Below, in pieces: positions 26,316-38,112 of a DNA stretch of 64,000 nucleotides; position 1 is the first letter of the stretch, and each line of letters begins with the position of its first letter. A model generated the notes under the pieces. That model was given only the letters and a program-made list of their open reading frames with translations. It made no database searches and was not told the DNA's origin. A program made the translations under genes and the position numbers. This DNA comes from Diadema antillarum (lineage: Eukaryota): the NCBI RefSeq assembly GCF_040938485.1, contig NW_027271554.1:1426001-1490000 (forward strand), given 5' to 3'.

Positions 26316-29012
26316 ATGGCTCAGCCCGTGGCAACCCCGGTTGCCAGTGAGAAGGGACTTGACAGCAGCCAGCTGCTGCAACCGATGCACACCTCCCGGC
26401 GGGGCCTGCAACAGGTGCTGGACCTCTTCCACAATGCCACGCCCAGTCTCAAGCAGCTGCTCCTGCACGAGGCCGACATCATCTACGAATGCCGCGTCTG
26501 CAAGGGCCTCTTCAGGGGCCTCGTCAACTTCATCGAGCACAAGAAGTCCTACTGCAAGATGCGGGCAGGGCTGGACCAGCACTGCTCCACAAAGGTGATG
26601 AGCCTCAACATGAGAGACCTGTACCCCAGTGAGGATGCAGCAGCGCCGCAAGTGGAACCGCAGCCACCAACTGGTTCCCCAGCCACCGAACGCGTCCTCC
26701 CAGAGAGGTCGTCCGGGCAGCCAGTGTTTGTGAACGACATGTCCTCGGGGGTCGGCAACTCCGATGCATTTGTGGTCCTGCGGCCCATCCCTTCCACCAC
26801 AGAGGCGATCGAGCAGCAGGTGGTCCGGTCCGACCACATAGTGAACCATGATGAACTTGAAAAACTCAGCATCTTCACCCACACGCCCGAAGGTGAGGAC
26901 ACCTCAAAGATAGTGGGGGAGATTGCAATACGCCAGGCAACAAAAGGTGCCAAGACAACGAGGATAGAGAAGCGTGCAGCTCTTCACACTATTCTCAAAA
27001 ATGTCAGCGGCAAAACAGTTATGGACAGCAGTGAACTGTCGAGCAATGCAGCCAGCCCTGAGGGACCATCAAGTCCCCCAGGTAGAGGAGCAGAGGTAGG
27101 AGGAAAGGCAACAAGTCCGAACAAAGTGGATGCTGTAATGGCACGCAAGACTAGTCCTCAGCAAGAACCAAAAGAGATGAATGCACAGGGGACGGCAGCA
27201 TGCCAGCCAACTGAGTGCCAGATCTGCAAGAAGAAGTGCAAGAACTGGACAGCACTGGCCTGGCACATGCGCATTCACAAGAGGCCAATATTCAAGTGTT
27301 CCCTGTGTCGATACAGCTCGGCGTCGGTGTACAATCTGAGGCGACATATGCAGACGATGCACCACCTGCCAACTAGGAGGGTTGACGAGCTGCTCAGCAG
27401 GAAGGTGGAGCAGCAGAAGGTCTCCCACGGGGGACGGGAGAAGGAGGGTGCCAAGGAAGGGGAGAGTAGCTCAGTTCCCACTTGCGACATTTGCTTCAAA
27501 ACTTTTGCCAATCGTCGCAATGTCCTGCGACACAAGGAGATCCACCGGCGCGAGCGCCTTACCTCTGACCTCAACCGAGGAGGGACAGTGACGCCGTCCC
27601 GAGAGGAGATTGCCCAGAACAAAGTAATGCAAATCATGGACGAGAAAAACCTCAAGTGTCGGCGCTGTCAGAAGCAGCTGTCAACCATGCGACGTCTTCA
27701 GCAACACTGCTGCAACCACTTTGGCTTCAACCGCTATCGATGCAAATTGTGTCCGTATGAGAACAATGACTACACGCAGATGAGGAGGCACATGATGGGC
27801 AAACATGGCAGGCAGTTCCGCACAATCCACCAAATTTCTGAAGCCATCCGCAACATGAAGGTCGGTATCTGGGTCAATCTTGTGCAGAACAACAACGGCG
27901 CAAGTGCCGACGAGAATGCAAACTCCAGTGTGGGAAAACCAAAGGAGAATAGCGAAACCAAATTCATCAGCCTCAAAACCAAACATGATGCAGCTGTAGC
28001 ACCAAAGATGAGGGAGAATGGGAGTACACCAGATGTCAATGGAGACAGTGGGGATCATGAGGATGATATCTTGATGGATGAAGAAGAGCATAAAGCAAAG
28101 GAAGAAGAGGAGAGTGAAGGAGATAATGATGCTGAAGAGGAGGGGGAAGAGGAAGAAGAAGAGGAGGAGGAGGAAGAAGAAGAAGAAGAAGGAGATGCTG
28201 CAGAAGCCGGAGCAGCAGCAGAAAACAAGAAGGATCAGAGCAAGATTGAGATCAAGGTTGCTCGGTCTCAATCAAACAAGGAAAACAAAGTCGTGCCCAA
28301 AACGCCCACGAAGCAGCATCAGAACACTAACTCCACCAAGGATATTCTCCTGACTCCGCCCAGCAGCAACGGTGCCAGGAAGAGCCCTGAGCCGACGCCC
28401 AGCCGCGATATGCCAGTTCGCCAGGCACGCCTCAACCACCAGAGTGTGTCTCCTCGCAGCCAGCCGGAGAAGGTGCAGGGCGAGCGGCCGCAGCTCGACA
28501 AAACACAGCAGGTGCGACGGGACCTGGGCAAGACCTCAACAGAAAAGCCTCGCTCCATCAAGACGGAGATCGACGAGGAGGATAAGAACGTGTTGGAGTT
28601 GATGATGGACAAGAGGCTTGTCCGCTGCCTGAACTGCAACAAGAGATACCAGTACCTAAGCTCTCTGCAGCGCCATGTTCGCGTCCACCTGCTCCGTGGC
28701 GAGACTGACATGCGGCCATCGCCATCGAAGGATGTGGCCGACGCCTCTGCGAAGCAGCAGGCCATCGAGGCGCTCATCAACACCAGCCTCCTCAAGTGTC
28801 TCAAGTGCAAGAAGCGCTTCGAGAGCGTGAGTTCCCTCAAGCGGCATGTAGCGCGCCACCTGGGCTACAGCACCTTCAAGTGCATGTACTGCGGCTACCT
28901 GTCCCGAAACTACACCTGGTTCAAGCAGCACTTGATGATTAAGCATCCGCAGGAGGTGTCCAACCCCAGTAAAATGGGTAGCCTTATAGGGAGCATGAAA
29001 ACCAAGAAGTAG
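26316..29012 (+). CDS. ZNF800: ZNF800-like C2H2 zinc-finger protein (898 aa, single coding exon)
   Basis: The long ORF 26289-29012 has an in-frame ATG at 26316 in good Kozak context (gtgATGG), just after a pyrimidine-rich acceptor (tgtgtctgcatacag|, exon start 26303). The N-terminal block LLQPMHTSRRGLQQVLDLFHNATPSLKQLLLHEADIIYECRVCKGLFRGLVNFIEHKKSYC matches the recalled ZNF800 signature ([60 protein letters not shown]). It has one C2HC-type finger plus eight C2H2 fingers and a central poly-Glu tract. Confidence 0.92.
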   Translation: MAQPVATPVASEKGLDSSQLLQPMHTSRRGLQQVLDLFHNATPSLKQLLLHEADIIYECRVCKGLFRGLVNFIEHKKSYCKMRAGLDQHCSTKVMSLNMRDLYPSEDAAAPQVEPQPPTGSPATERVLPERSSGQPVFVNDMSSGVGNSDAFVVLRPIPSTTEAIEQQVVRSDHIVNHDELEKLSIFTHTPEGEDTSKIVGEIAIRQATKGAKTTRIEKRAALHTILKNVSGKTVMDSSELSSNAASPEGPSSPPGRGAEVGGKATSPNKVDAVMARKTSPQQEPKEMNAQGTAACQPTECQICKKKCKNWTALAWHMRIHKRPIFKCSLCRYSSASVYNLRRHMQTMHHLPTRRVDELLSRKVEQQKVSHGGREKEGAKEGESSSVPTCDICFKTFANRRNVLRHKEIHRRERLTSDLNRGGTVTPSREEIAQNKVMQIMDEKNLKCRRCQKQLSTMRRLQQHCCNHFGFNRYRCKLCPYENNDYTQMRRHMMGKHGRQFRTIHQISEAIRNMKVGIWVNLVQNNNGASADENANSSVGKPKENSETKFISLKTKHDAAVAPKMRENGSTPDVNGDSGDHEDDILMDEEEHKAKEEEESEGDNDAEEEGEEEEEEEEEEEEEEEGDAAEAGAAAENKKDQSKIEIKVARSQSNKENKVVPKTPTKQHQNTNSTKDILLTPPSSNGARKSPEPTPSRDMPVRQARLNHQSVSPRSQPEKVQGERPQLDKTQQVRRDLGKTSTEKPRSIKTEIDEEDKNVLELMMDKRLVRCLNCNKRYQYLSSLQRHVRVHLLRGETDMRPSPSKDVADASAKQQAIEALINTSLLKCLKCKKRFESVSSLKRHVARHLGYSTFKCMYCGYLSRNYTWFKQHLMIKHPQEVSNPSKMGSLIGSMKTKK

Positions 29013-29763
29013 AGGGGGAGTTTCTGCCTGTTTTGTGTTAAGGCAGTGACTTCCTGCCGAACAATTTGACAGAAGATAAGTCTGTAATGCTGTGATATTT
29101 TAAACTTACATGTCATGGAAAAAAGAGCCCAGAGACCCTTATAGCAGTCGAGTCTACCAGCAAAAGGTCAATCACATATATGTGGAATACCTGATAATTT
29201 TCTTGTGTAATTTGGTAAAATGATGTTGCATTATTTTGAGATAGTTTGGTTTACTTCTCGTAATCATGTATAGTAGTTTGTATTTATCACTCCAAGTTTA
29301 AGTGATGTTTAGTATGCATGATTCCATCATTGTGATTCAAAGTTGATGTTGTATGAAAACTTGATTTGTGGTTTTGTTTTGTAAATTTTGCAAGTAACTG
29401 TATGTGCTCTTTGAATGCTGAGAGAAATGAAGAGCAATGATGGTTTCTTGGTTTGATGCAATAACTTTTCTGAGATGACACAGTGTTGTGAGCCGCAGCA
29501 GGAAAAGAAATATACTGCGTGTACGGTAGACCTATGTAGACCCATTCATCTTTACATACATTGTGTGCATGGTCAGGGGTGATTGGTTTCAGATGACGAG
29601 CGCACATGCACATTACTGCAGTTGGTCTTTTTTTTTTGCACTCATACTTCAGCTTTCACCAAAATTATTAATTTGACACCAATCCTTAAGCAGTAGGGTG
29701 CGAGCCTCAACCTCCTCAGAGTAAGCACAGAACAGACAAACAAACAGAAATGTGTATAGTTAA

Positions 29764-30014
29764 AGGGATGGTACAGTATTGGTGGAGATGAGAATTGGGC
29801 TTTTAACTTTTTGCGAGATACCAAGAAAACACTTATTTATTGGAATCGCTCTTTTTTTGGACATCTCAGCCATTTCAATACCAAATTTCACCAAATAAAC
29901 AGTGAGTTCCTCAAAAAATTACATGCTCTTTCATATTCCAAGAGGTTTTGCATTATCTCACCAAAAAATGTTAGAAACCTGAAATTAGCTCTCAACCAAA
30001 ACTATACGATCCCT
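29764..30014. mobile_element. Kolobok-like TTAA MITE (in presumed ZNF800 3' UTR)
   Basis: TTAA|AGGGAT ... ATCCCT|TTAA; homologous to 59900-60262 (shared gtattggtggagatgag..ttgggcttttaactttttg). Confidence 0.8.
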
Positions 30015-30141
30015 TTAAGTCCTTAATAACTGTCTTGGCACTGAGCCAACTAATCACAGCATTGTTGCTTTTTGCATGCTAGAAAGATTATGAATACCAG
30101 TGGTGTGTATATGTATGTTGGGGTGTGTTCTGGTCTGATCC

Positions 30142-30260
30142 CTGTACTAGTCTAAAGTTTGGACTCCTCCAATGATATCTGTATTGGGGTTGCTAAACCT
30201 GTACTAGTCGAAAGTTTGGACTCCTTCAATGATATCTGTATTGGGGTTGCTAAACCTGTT
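30142..30260 (+). repeat. Tandem duplication of a 57-bp unit (x2)
   Basis: cctgtactagtc(t/g)aaagtttggactcct(c/t)caatgatatctgtattggggttgctaaa occurs twice head-to-tail. Confidence 0.85.
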
Positions 30261-32548
30261 CACGTCAAGTTGAGTAATGACATGGTCCCGAGAACCACAC
30301 ACACACAAAAAAAAGAGTCCAGACTACTGTATACGCCATTACTGTATTTAGCAAATCGGAACTTCCTGATGATTTCATGAGTGGTTAAATTTGCGATCGT
30401 GGAGTACTGTACTGAGCGGAGAAATGTATATGTGTGCATCACATTCATATCGGGATCAGAGTCATTATTTTCGCATGTTATTAATTTCAGGAATAGCACC
30501 TGACTCACGAAATTTGCGAAAATAAAAACTTCACAAAATATTCGGCATATTCAGTTATTGCTGTCAGCTGACAGTAGAGGTCAAAAGTTCACACACTTCT
30601 AATTCAAGCGTACACTCCCTCAAAATTCTGAAAGGAAAGTGATAGAGTGGAGAGCCATTAGTCTGAATTCTTTTCTTTTTTCTCCGGTTTTCGGGATCGT
30701 GCTATCACTGGACTTAACATGTACAAGTTTAGCAGTTCCAATAAAGCTATCATAAAAAGAGTCCAGAATCTGGACTAGTGCGGTACGACGTGCACACACT
30801 TTTGGTCGCATGGCGCACCAGGCCTGACCTGTTGCCATATTTCCGGGGTTAGGACAGAGCTGTATGTATACGAGAGAATCGTGCTCACACCTAAAGAGGC
30901 TAATTTGGTGGGTTGATTGAAAACAGCCAAGGAAAAAAAAAAGACAGAATCCCAAGTCGTGACACTTCACAATGTCAAGTGCAATTGAGAAAATGAAAGT
31001 GGGAAGTGCACCATTTCAATTACGGCCCAGTCATTTGCATGCAGATTCTAGTTTGTAGCGTCAGGCAGGTGGCAGTTACTTGTATTTGATGAGTAGATGG
31101 TTAAAAAAAAAAAAACCTGAGGAACTCCATCTGCCATCTGCAAAGATTTATCTAAAGCGGTCTACATAAATACCGTTAATAGTAATTGGTCATAGCACAA
31201 TCACCTGACTAATGCAGTGAGAATCAAAATCGTAATATTGCCTGCAGTGATTATGTGTCAGTAAATATGATAACTCCAGAATTTGACCTGTTCCTGATGG
31301 GGCTAGACTGAAATGATGTGCACCAGTATTTATGTAGATCATACAGTACATAACACAATTGCCTTATCTGTCATTGTAATACAACACTAGACAGTCCCGT
31401 GAGGGTTATATTCCCCCACAAGAGAATATTTTCCCTCAGTGCTGTGTGCTTTAGGGGAAAATATAACCTCTTTGGGCAAATGTAACTCCTGCGGAGATGT
31501 TAACCCATTGAGGATGAGTCCCAAGTATATCATTTGTATATAGATGCCAGCATATCTTCTGTAAAGTCGGCTTCATTAACTGACAATCAATCCCCATTCC
31601 TCCTTCAGTATTGATTTGCATGCAGTACGCAGCTCTGTGGATTGCCTTGGGGACTAAAATGCCAGTAAATGTTCACTCTTACCCCCACTCCAGCCCCATA
31701 AATATAATATTGTGTTCAATTTCTTGCCATATTTAACTTGTACAGAATTTTTTTTTAAGATTAAAATTCCTATATATTTATGCTTCAACTTTATTTTCTG
31801 CTAATTTTTTTTTTGTGTGTATGTTGAATTTTTGCCTGGAAGGCACAATTTAAATAATCAAATCTACATTTAAGGTCTTTTTTTTTCTTTGTAGCTTGAA
31901 GCTTGACAATGATTTGTCAATTACAATAATCTATGAAAATATCCCTTCCAGCTCAATTCAGATGGGTCACAATGAACATTAGATTCCATATTTTTTCCTC
32001 TGCTGAAATAATTTGCAGTCATAGTAACAAGAATTTCTGTTTCTTTCTTTTTTTTTGAGATGTAGCATTGTTCCTTAACCGTAAAGATATTTATTTAGCT
32101 ACAGGCATCCATGCTGTCATGTAGGAGCATAATACTTGTCATCAAAGCTTTATGTAACTCGACATATTACTGTAAAATGCAATGTGCAGAACAAGATGAC
32201 ATTATTTTCAGGATGGGCTATCATTTTTAGGGTGATTCCAATAGTTTAATTTCAAGTTGTAGTGAGAATTTTTTTCAGTGTATCATTAACCTTTGGACTG
32301 TAAATATTTATTTTTGTACCATCGTTAACAGTGATTACAGTCAGAGATATTTTCAATATGATTATATAGTATACAAAGGGAAGATTGTAAGAGTGTAGGT
32401 GTACAAGTATTGGTCCAGATTACACCTAAGCTTTTTAAAGTTTTTGTTGTTCCAATGCCCCTTCACCTCAGATATTGATGTAGTTGTATTTAGACCAAAA
32501 TGGAATGTGTAGTTGGACATGGTGTTCTCCTTGCATATAAAATATCAC

Positions 32549-33151
32549 AATTCTCCCTATCGCATATAACCGATATCAAGCGATATCACCTCTCGATACC
32601 GATATCTGATCGATCGCTTTTGGGACGTATACTTCCGGTTTTGCGGTTCTGGAAAATCGTGCCAAATATCCTACGTAGTGTAGGATCTTTGATCGTGCAT
32701 TCCTTTCTGGAAATGTCTTGAACAAATACATGAGTTTGACTTCAGGTCAAAGTGGTCTTTTCTGCAAAACAGATTTTTTCACGCTCCCCGCTAAACTTTG
32801 TCTGTTGGGAACTTCACCCACGTCACATCCTTCATCTATGGATATTTTCCATAATTTTGTCATTTGGCATCATTGACCCAGCATTGGACTGCTTTGCAGA
32901 AGAATCCCATTTTTCATATAATATGCAAAGTTACAGATTAGAAAATAACTCTATTATTCGTGAGATTATAAAATAGAATTTGATACAATCTATGAATACT
33001 AGCTAGTACTTCGGCATTCAATGTGCATAAAAGCGTACACTTACACATCGCACGTTCATAATCGGAAGTTCATATACCAAGAAATAAAGGTAAAAAAATT
33101 AGAGCGCCACACACGTTCAGATTTGGAGAGCTATATGCGATAGGGAGAATT
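32549..33151. mobile_element. MITE with AATT-CTCCCTATCGCATATA inverted ends (possibly Sola-type, AATT TSD)
   Basis: aattctccctatcgcatata (32549-32568) and tatatgcgatagggagaatt (33132-33151) are exact reverse complements. Confidence 0.75.
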
Positions 33152-33329
33152 CTGCATCGAAATCCAGTAGGATTTTCACAGGGGTGTGCAAATGATGCAT
33201 TTGCTTCCTTTTCTCCTCCATAGTAGTGTCCTATGTGATATCAAATTGTGTGAGGGGGAAGAAGTGAGAGATATCAATGATGAATAGACATGCTCTCTCA
33301 CAGGCTGGGAAGAAGCCCAATGCTTTGCA

Positions 33330-33343
33330 GTTGCCATGGCAAC
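33330..33343. promoter_or_regulatory. Perfect palindromic RFX X-box
   Basis: GTTGCCATGGCAAC; the motif match is direct, function is untested. Confidence 0.55.
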
Positions 33344-36300
33344 CACAGGTGGAAGCCTGATGGCTCGTCATTGTTGTGATGGAGACAACGGAAAACGCTC
33401 GCTTTCCACAAGGGTCGTCGGTAATCACTGCTTTGCAACTCAGTTGCGATAGAAATGCTGTGATTACCGGGAATTATCTCCCACAGTAGACTAAAGGTTT
33501 AACCCTAATCGGGCTGGGCTTTTTTTTTTTGCTAGTGGATGCCTTATCTTGGGGGGGGGGGGGGGGGGGAGACATATTTTGCTGTTACTAGAAAAGTTTT
33601 AGGCTGACTCTTCTTGGTTTATCAGGTACATCAATTCGGATGTACTCTGTCTTATCGATATTGTCACCACACTAGAGACTTTTCCACTACACAATATAAT
33701 CAGGGCAAAGAGTGTGTGATATGCATAAATGAGTGTATAATCATATTAAAGACAAAGAACATGATGTAAGTGCTGTGAAGAATGAAGAAAAGAAGAAGAA
33801 ATGATAACAATCTTACGAGCTTGTTCCAGTTTCGGTTTCATTTTGACTTATCACTCATGTATGCATGTGCATGCCAGTGATCACAGTGGGATGGTATTGA
33901 GAACTGCATAGATGCAGAATGGCAGTGTGTACTACACACACACACACACACACACACACACCACCACCACCACAAACAACCTGCCATCTTTTCTTATTGT
34001 ATGCATTGTGAAGTAAGGAGCTGACAGTAAAGAAAAAAAAAATGGTGTATGAATTACTATTATTTTTTTTTTGTCTTGTGCTCCTGGTGTTGCAGTTATG
34101 TATGACTTAACTTTGACAATCTTCGTTATTTTGTGAGATGTCGCCGCTGCTCAATGGGGGGGGGGGGGGGGGGAATGATTGGATAATCTCTTTACTTCTG
34201 TGTTCAAAGTGTTGCTGCTGCCACGTATGTTGTCCAACCGCCAACAGTGGTCTTCGTGCCAAAAGCCAGATCTCATTTCAGTTTCAAGTGCACTCGGTTC
34301 GATCATTTTTAGTGCACACCAAGAGGGAGGAATGCAACCATAATGGCAGCTTTCGTATCACGTTTAATATGTATGAACATTTTTTTGTTCTTTTTATAAG
34401 TGTGTGCATGTATGTATTTTGTTTGTATGCTGGCTGACACAAGCGCACATATTTGACATAACCCAAATTATGTGGAATTTCATGCTTATGGCGTGTATGC
34501 AACTTTTGAACTTTTTCTGTGATCGGGGTTGGTCAGACATTCAAATAATGTCTTGTTTATACATATATATATATATATATATTCTTTTCTTTTTGGAAAA
34601 AGAAATAGTTGTCATTTCTTGTTTACTTCAGTGCAATCATGAAATATTACAATTCTGTTTGAAATAGGTTAGGTACAGTACAGCCATTGCAAAGAAGATA
34701 TTTACTGTGTGAAGGTTTGCCTGTAACCTGTGAATGTTTGGAGAATGGAAGCTCATTCAGACTATTATGAAATGCCATTTCATTGCATCCTGTTGCCCTT
34801 CATGTGTTCTTTTGCAACTTGAGGTGTGAACTCACCAAGTAAAAACACACACAGTATGGAAGCAGTGATTAACATTGAATGGTTATCATGCAAAAAGCTG
34901 CATTCTTCTCCTCATTCGTTGTACATAATCATGAGTGATGTCGGTCATTTCATTGAGAGTAAGCGTGAATTTGAAAACGTCATCAACTCTAGGAGACAGA
35001 GAAGCAAATATCATCGATGTCAAATAATCGCCAGCTGTTCGTTTTTCACCGCATGATGCTCTTTATTGACGGAGCAACATTGCATTGTACCTGACGTATG
35101 CTATACCACATTATCACACATGTTACTCCCCCTCGAAATTGTGCAAACAGTCGTATTGGATGACTGGTGTACATTTTGAAGACTTGTAAATGATTTTAGA
35201 AAGAAAATGATTGTGATTGTGTTGATGCGTCGTAACCAAGAAATTATTTTGTGTCCCTAAGAAAAGAGAAATTAGCATAGTGCCAGCTTTAAAGTTTGTT
35301 TCACAAAGAAATGTAGCACACATAACTTGAGTATGGAGAGAACATACAGAATTTTTCCTTCAAAGGGTTGTTGGTGCTATTGAATGAGGTCATATACCAA
35401 TTCCTTGAAACAGGGAACACAAGAATTTCTCCCTAGATAAGCAAGTCAAAGCCCTTAGATTAAAATAAGATGTTCTATATATTCCTAAGTACAAATATTA
35501 TCACATTTTCGCATTGCTGTATATGTGTTGGTCCCAGTACCTAGAGGGGACACTCCTTTTTATGTCATTCGTTTGACGTGAAAATGTTTATACAGGGGGG
35601 AACAAAACAAACGGTTCTGCCCCCATGTAATAGGATGTTCCACCTGTCATGTTTATCCAAGCACTGAATGGTATCTGACTTTGTCGTATGATATTAACAT
35701 TACAGTCTGGTGTAACCTTAAGGCTGGTTGAAGTCGTGTGAATAGCTTCGCTAGCTCGTTCTTGTATTATGATTGGACTTTCATTGAAGTTTTGCATTTG
35801 AGATCATTTAATCAATATTACTAATTAATGTTAAATTGCCAGTTTTGAAGTATTGCCTTTTTTGAAAAAAAAAATGAAGACTTAAAAGTTTAATGCTGTG
35901 GAGGTGTTGTTCTAATGCATGGTTCTTCTATATGACAGAAGATATCTTGGATTGATATTCAGATTTTGTCCTATTGTTGTAATGCTGTAAGCGAATATTA
36001 TATATTTTGAACATCTGGAACTCTGCATTACTGTTCAAGTATAAGACTTTTGTTAGTCTCTTTTTGTCACTGTGTGGAGTGCACCGAGGTATCCTCTTTG
36101 GTAAAGTAATGTAAAGCAATATCAGATTATAAAGTGTTCAAAGATGCACATTATGTAATAAGAGTTCAGCAGCCTTTTCATATAACAATGACATGTGAAT
36201 ATATATATTATGTGTTAGTGTATATTGGTATCACGTGCACTGCATTATGGGTACAATTGTAGCATACTACAGTAGTCAGTTGAAAGGGGATTGTCCAGTG

Positions 36301-37479
36301 CAAATTGCATATACACTGTGTGGTCATTTACAATTGCACATGCATAGTGGCAGTTTGCGTCCTTGGTGAACTGTACCTAGTGGTGACGTTTCGTGACCCT
36401 TTTTTAATCTGGTTTCCCCGAGGACATGCTAATCATGCAAAAGATTATTATATTTTGTCATGATCATTATAAACGTCCTGCATGTGAAGTTAAGTGCCAC
36501 TCGCTGCGTATGCATGTGTCTGATTATTAATCACAGTCCGCTGAATTCTTCCCAGAATGTCTCTCCAAAATTTGTGGAGTCTGCGTCATATCAACAGCAC
36601 AAGAACATGCCTGCTTGAAAGTGGCATACTTTTCAAAGTGCTCTCCGATAGAAAACTAATGTGTCCCTTTAATATCCGATTCTCTCTGGACAGGCAGAGA
36701 AATGAAGCAATCATAACAATGCATGTCATGCAGAGATACGGTCTGTAATTACAGTACGTAGTGTATGAAACCTGAAAGTAAACTAGGACTGTGTAGCGAA
36801 CCAAGAAACCGATGATTTATCTGGAGAGTGCACCGGGGTTTCAGTTTCGAGGGAGGATTCACTCACGAGGAGGAAGCTATTAAGGATGAGGTGTGTAGCA
36901 CAACAGCAAGCATCATGGTTGCCTAAAACCAGGAGGGGTAAACTACCCTTGAACTGTAGCCTCCATTGATGAGATATCCAGGCTAAGTGGCAAAAAAAAA
37001 ATGGAGCCATTGGGACCAGGGACCAGTGGCTCCCTGAGCGAGTGACGGTACCCAACATGAAGACATCCACCTTTCTATTAAAAAGTGGATGTGTGGGTTT
37101 CTGTGTAAGAAAAAGGGAAATCCCCAGAATGTGTTGTACGATGTAGTTTGCATCATTCGAGCCTATGCTTTCCTACACGTTTAAGTCATACAGAGTTTCT
37201 CCCCAAGATGGTATTGGGAGTTACTCGAATTTCCACGTACTTGTAGCTCTCGTGTTCGTGGCTGGCTGGAAGACGAGATCCGCCTCGTCTCTTGTTGGAA
37301 AATTTTTATTTTTCGATGTTTCCGTTTTATTGTTGTCTTTTCTCCCTCAGCTGAGCCACCAGTGAAAGAATATTGAGGTATTTCACAGAAATAAACAGAA
37401 AAAGAAAAAAAAGTTCTGCATGCTTAGTGTGTATCATGGTAATGTGTATATGTGCCTTGGATATATGTGTGTGCATTTG

Positions 37480-37512
<33 letters not shown>

Positions 37513-37760
37513 GTATATGAAGAGTTTGAATGCAAGAATCATATATATTTATAGAGGAAAATTAATCTTTTTAATGGTACTGCACTCGTTACATTAACAT
37601 TCTGAAAATGTTACTAAAATTGGCACATATTTTTATCACTTTCTCTTGATCTCTATTTCTACAGGTTCTATCTCAAAAATCTCAATTTGATGAAAATAGA
37701 TCAATCAAATTTTGAATTACAGCTATCTCTCTCTAATATATATATATATATATATATAAA

Positions 37761-38112
37761 TAAATTGAAACAAGAGAGAGAAAACTGACCAGAAACAAAT
37801 AATAAATGGCGAAAACTATTGAGCAAAGAAAATGGGTTTTCATCGGGATTCGAACCCGAGACCTTCGGATTACTAGACCGGTGCTCTACCGACTGAGCTA
37901 TTGAAAGCCCTAGATCGGTGTTCGTCCCAAACCCTTAATTCTCTTTGCTCATGTGGTCAGAAGCTATAGTGTGTGTATGTGTGCCACACACACACACATT
38001 AACCTGACATAGACCCGAAGGACGTAAATCAACTTTGGAATAAATGCGAGGGATCACCGAAGCGATGCAGCTTTTTATTTTTTGTAATATAAATTGAAAC
38101 AAGAGAGAGAAA
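37761..38112. repeat. 329-bp direct-repeat unit containing the tRNA-like sequence, running into an N-gap
   Basis: taaattgaaacaagagagagaaa occurs at 37761-37783 and again at 38090-38112, immediately before gap 38113-38242. Confidence 0.65.
37834..37910 (-). pseudogene. tRNA-Thr(AGT)-like sequence (tRNA pseudogene or tRNA-derived repeat head)
   Basis: The minus strand reads GGGCTTTCAATAGCTCAGTCGGTAGAGCACCGGTCTAGTAATCCGAAGGTCTCGGGTTCGAATCCCGATGAAAACCC. It has an intact A box, B box (GGTTCGAATCC), D arm, T arm and a CT-AGT-AA loop, but mismatches in the anticodon and acceptor stems. Confidence 0.75.

Noticed and set aside
26232-28946. Antisense and alternative-frame ORFs (216, 196, 173, 134 aa etc.) overlapping ZNF800
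   Set aside because: Expected shadows of a GC-rich, codon-biased and low-complexity CDS; no recognisable domains.
37834-37910. Functional tRNA-Thr gene
   Set aside because: The anticodon stem (CCGGT/TCCGA) and acceptor stem have mismatches and it sits within a repeat unit; recorded as tRNA-like only.
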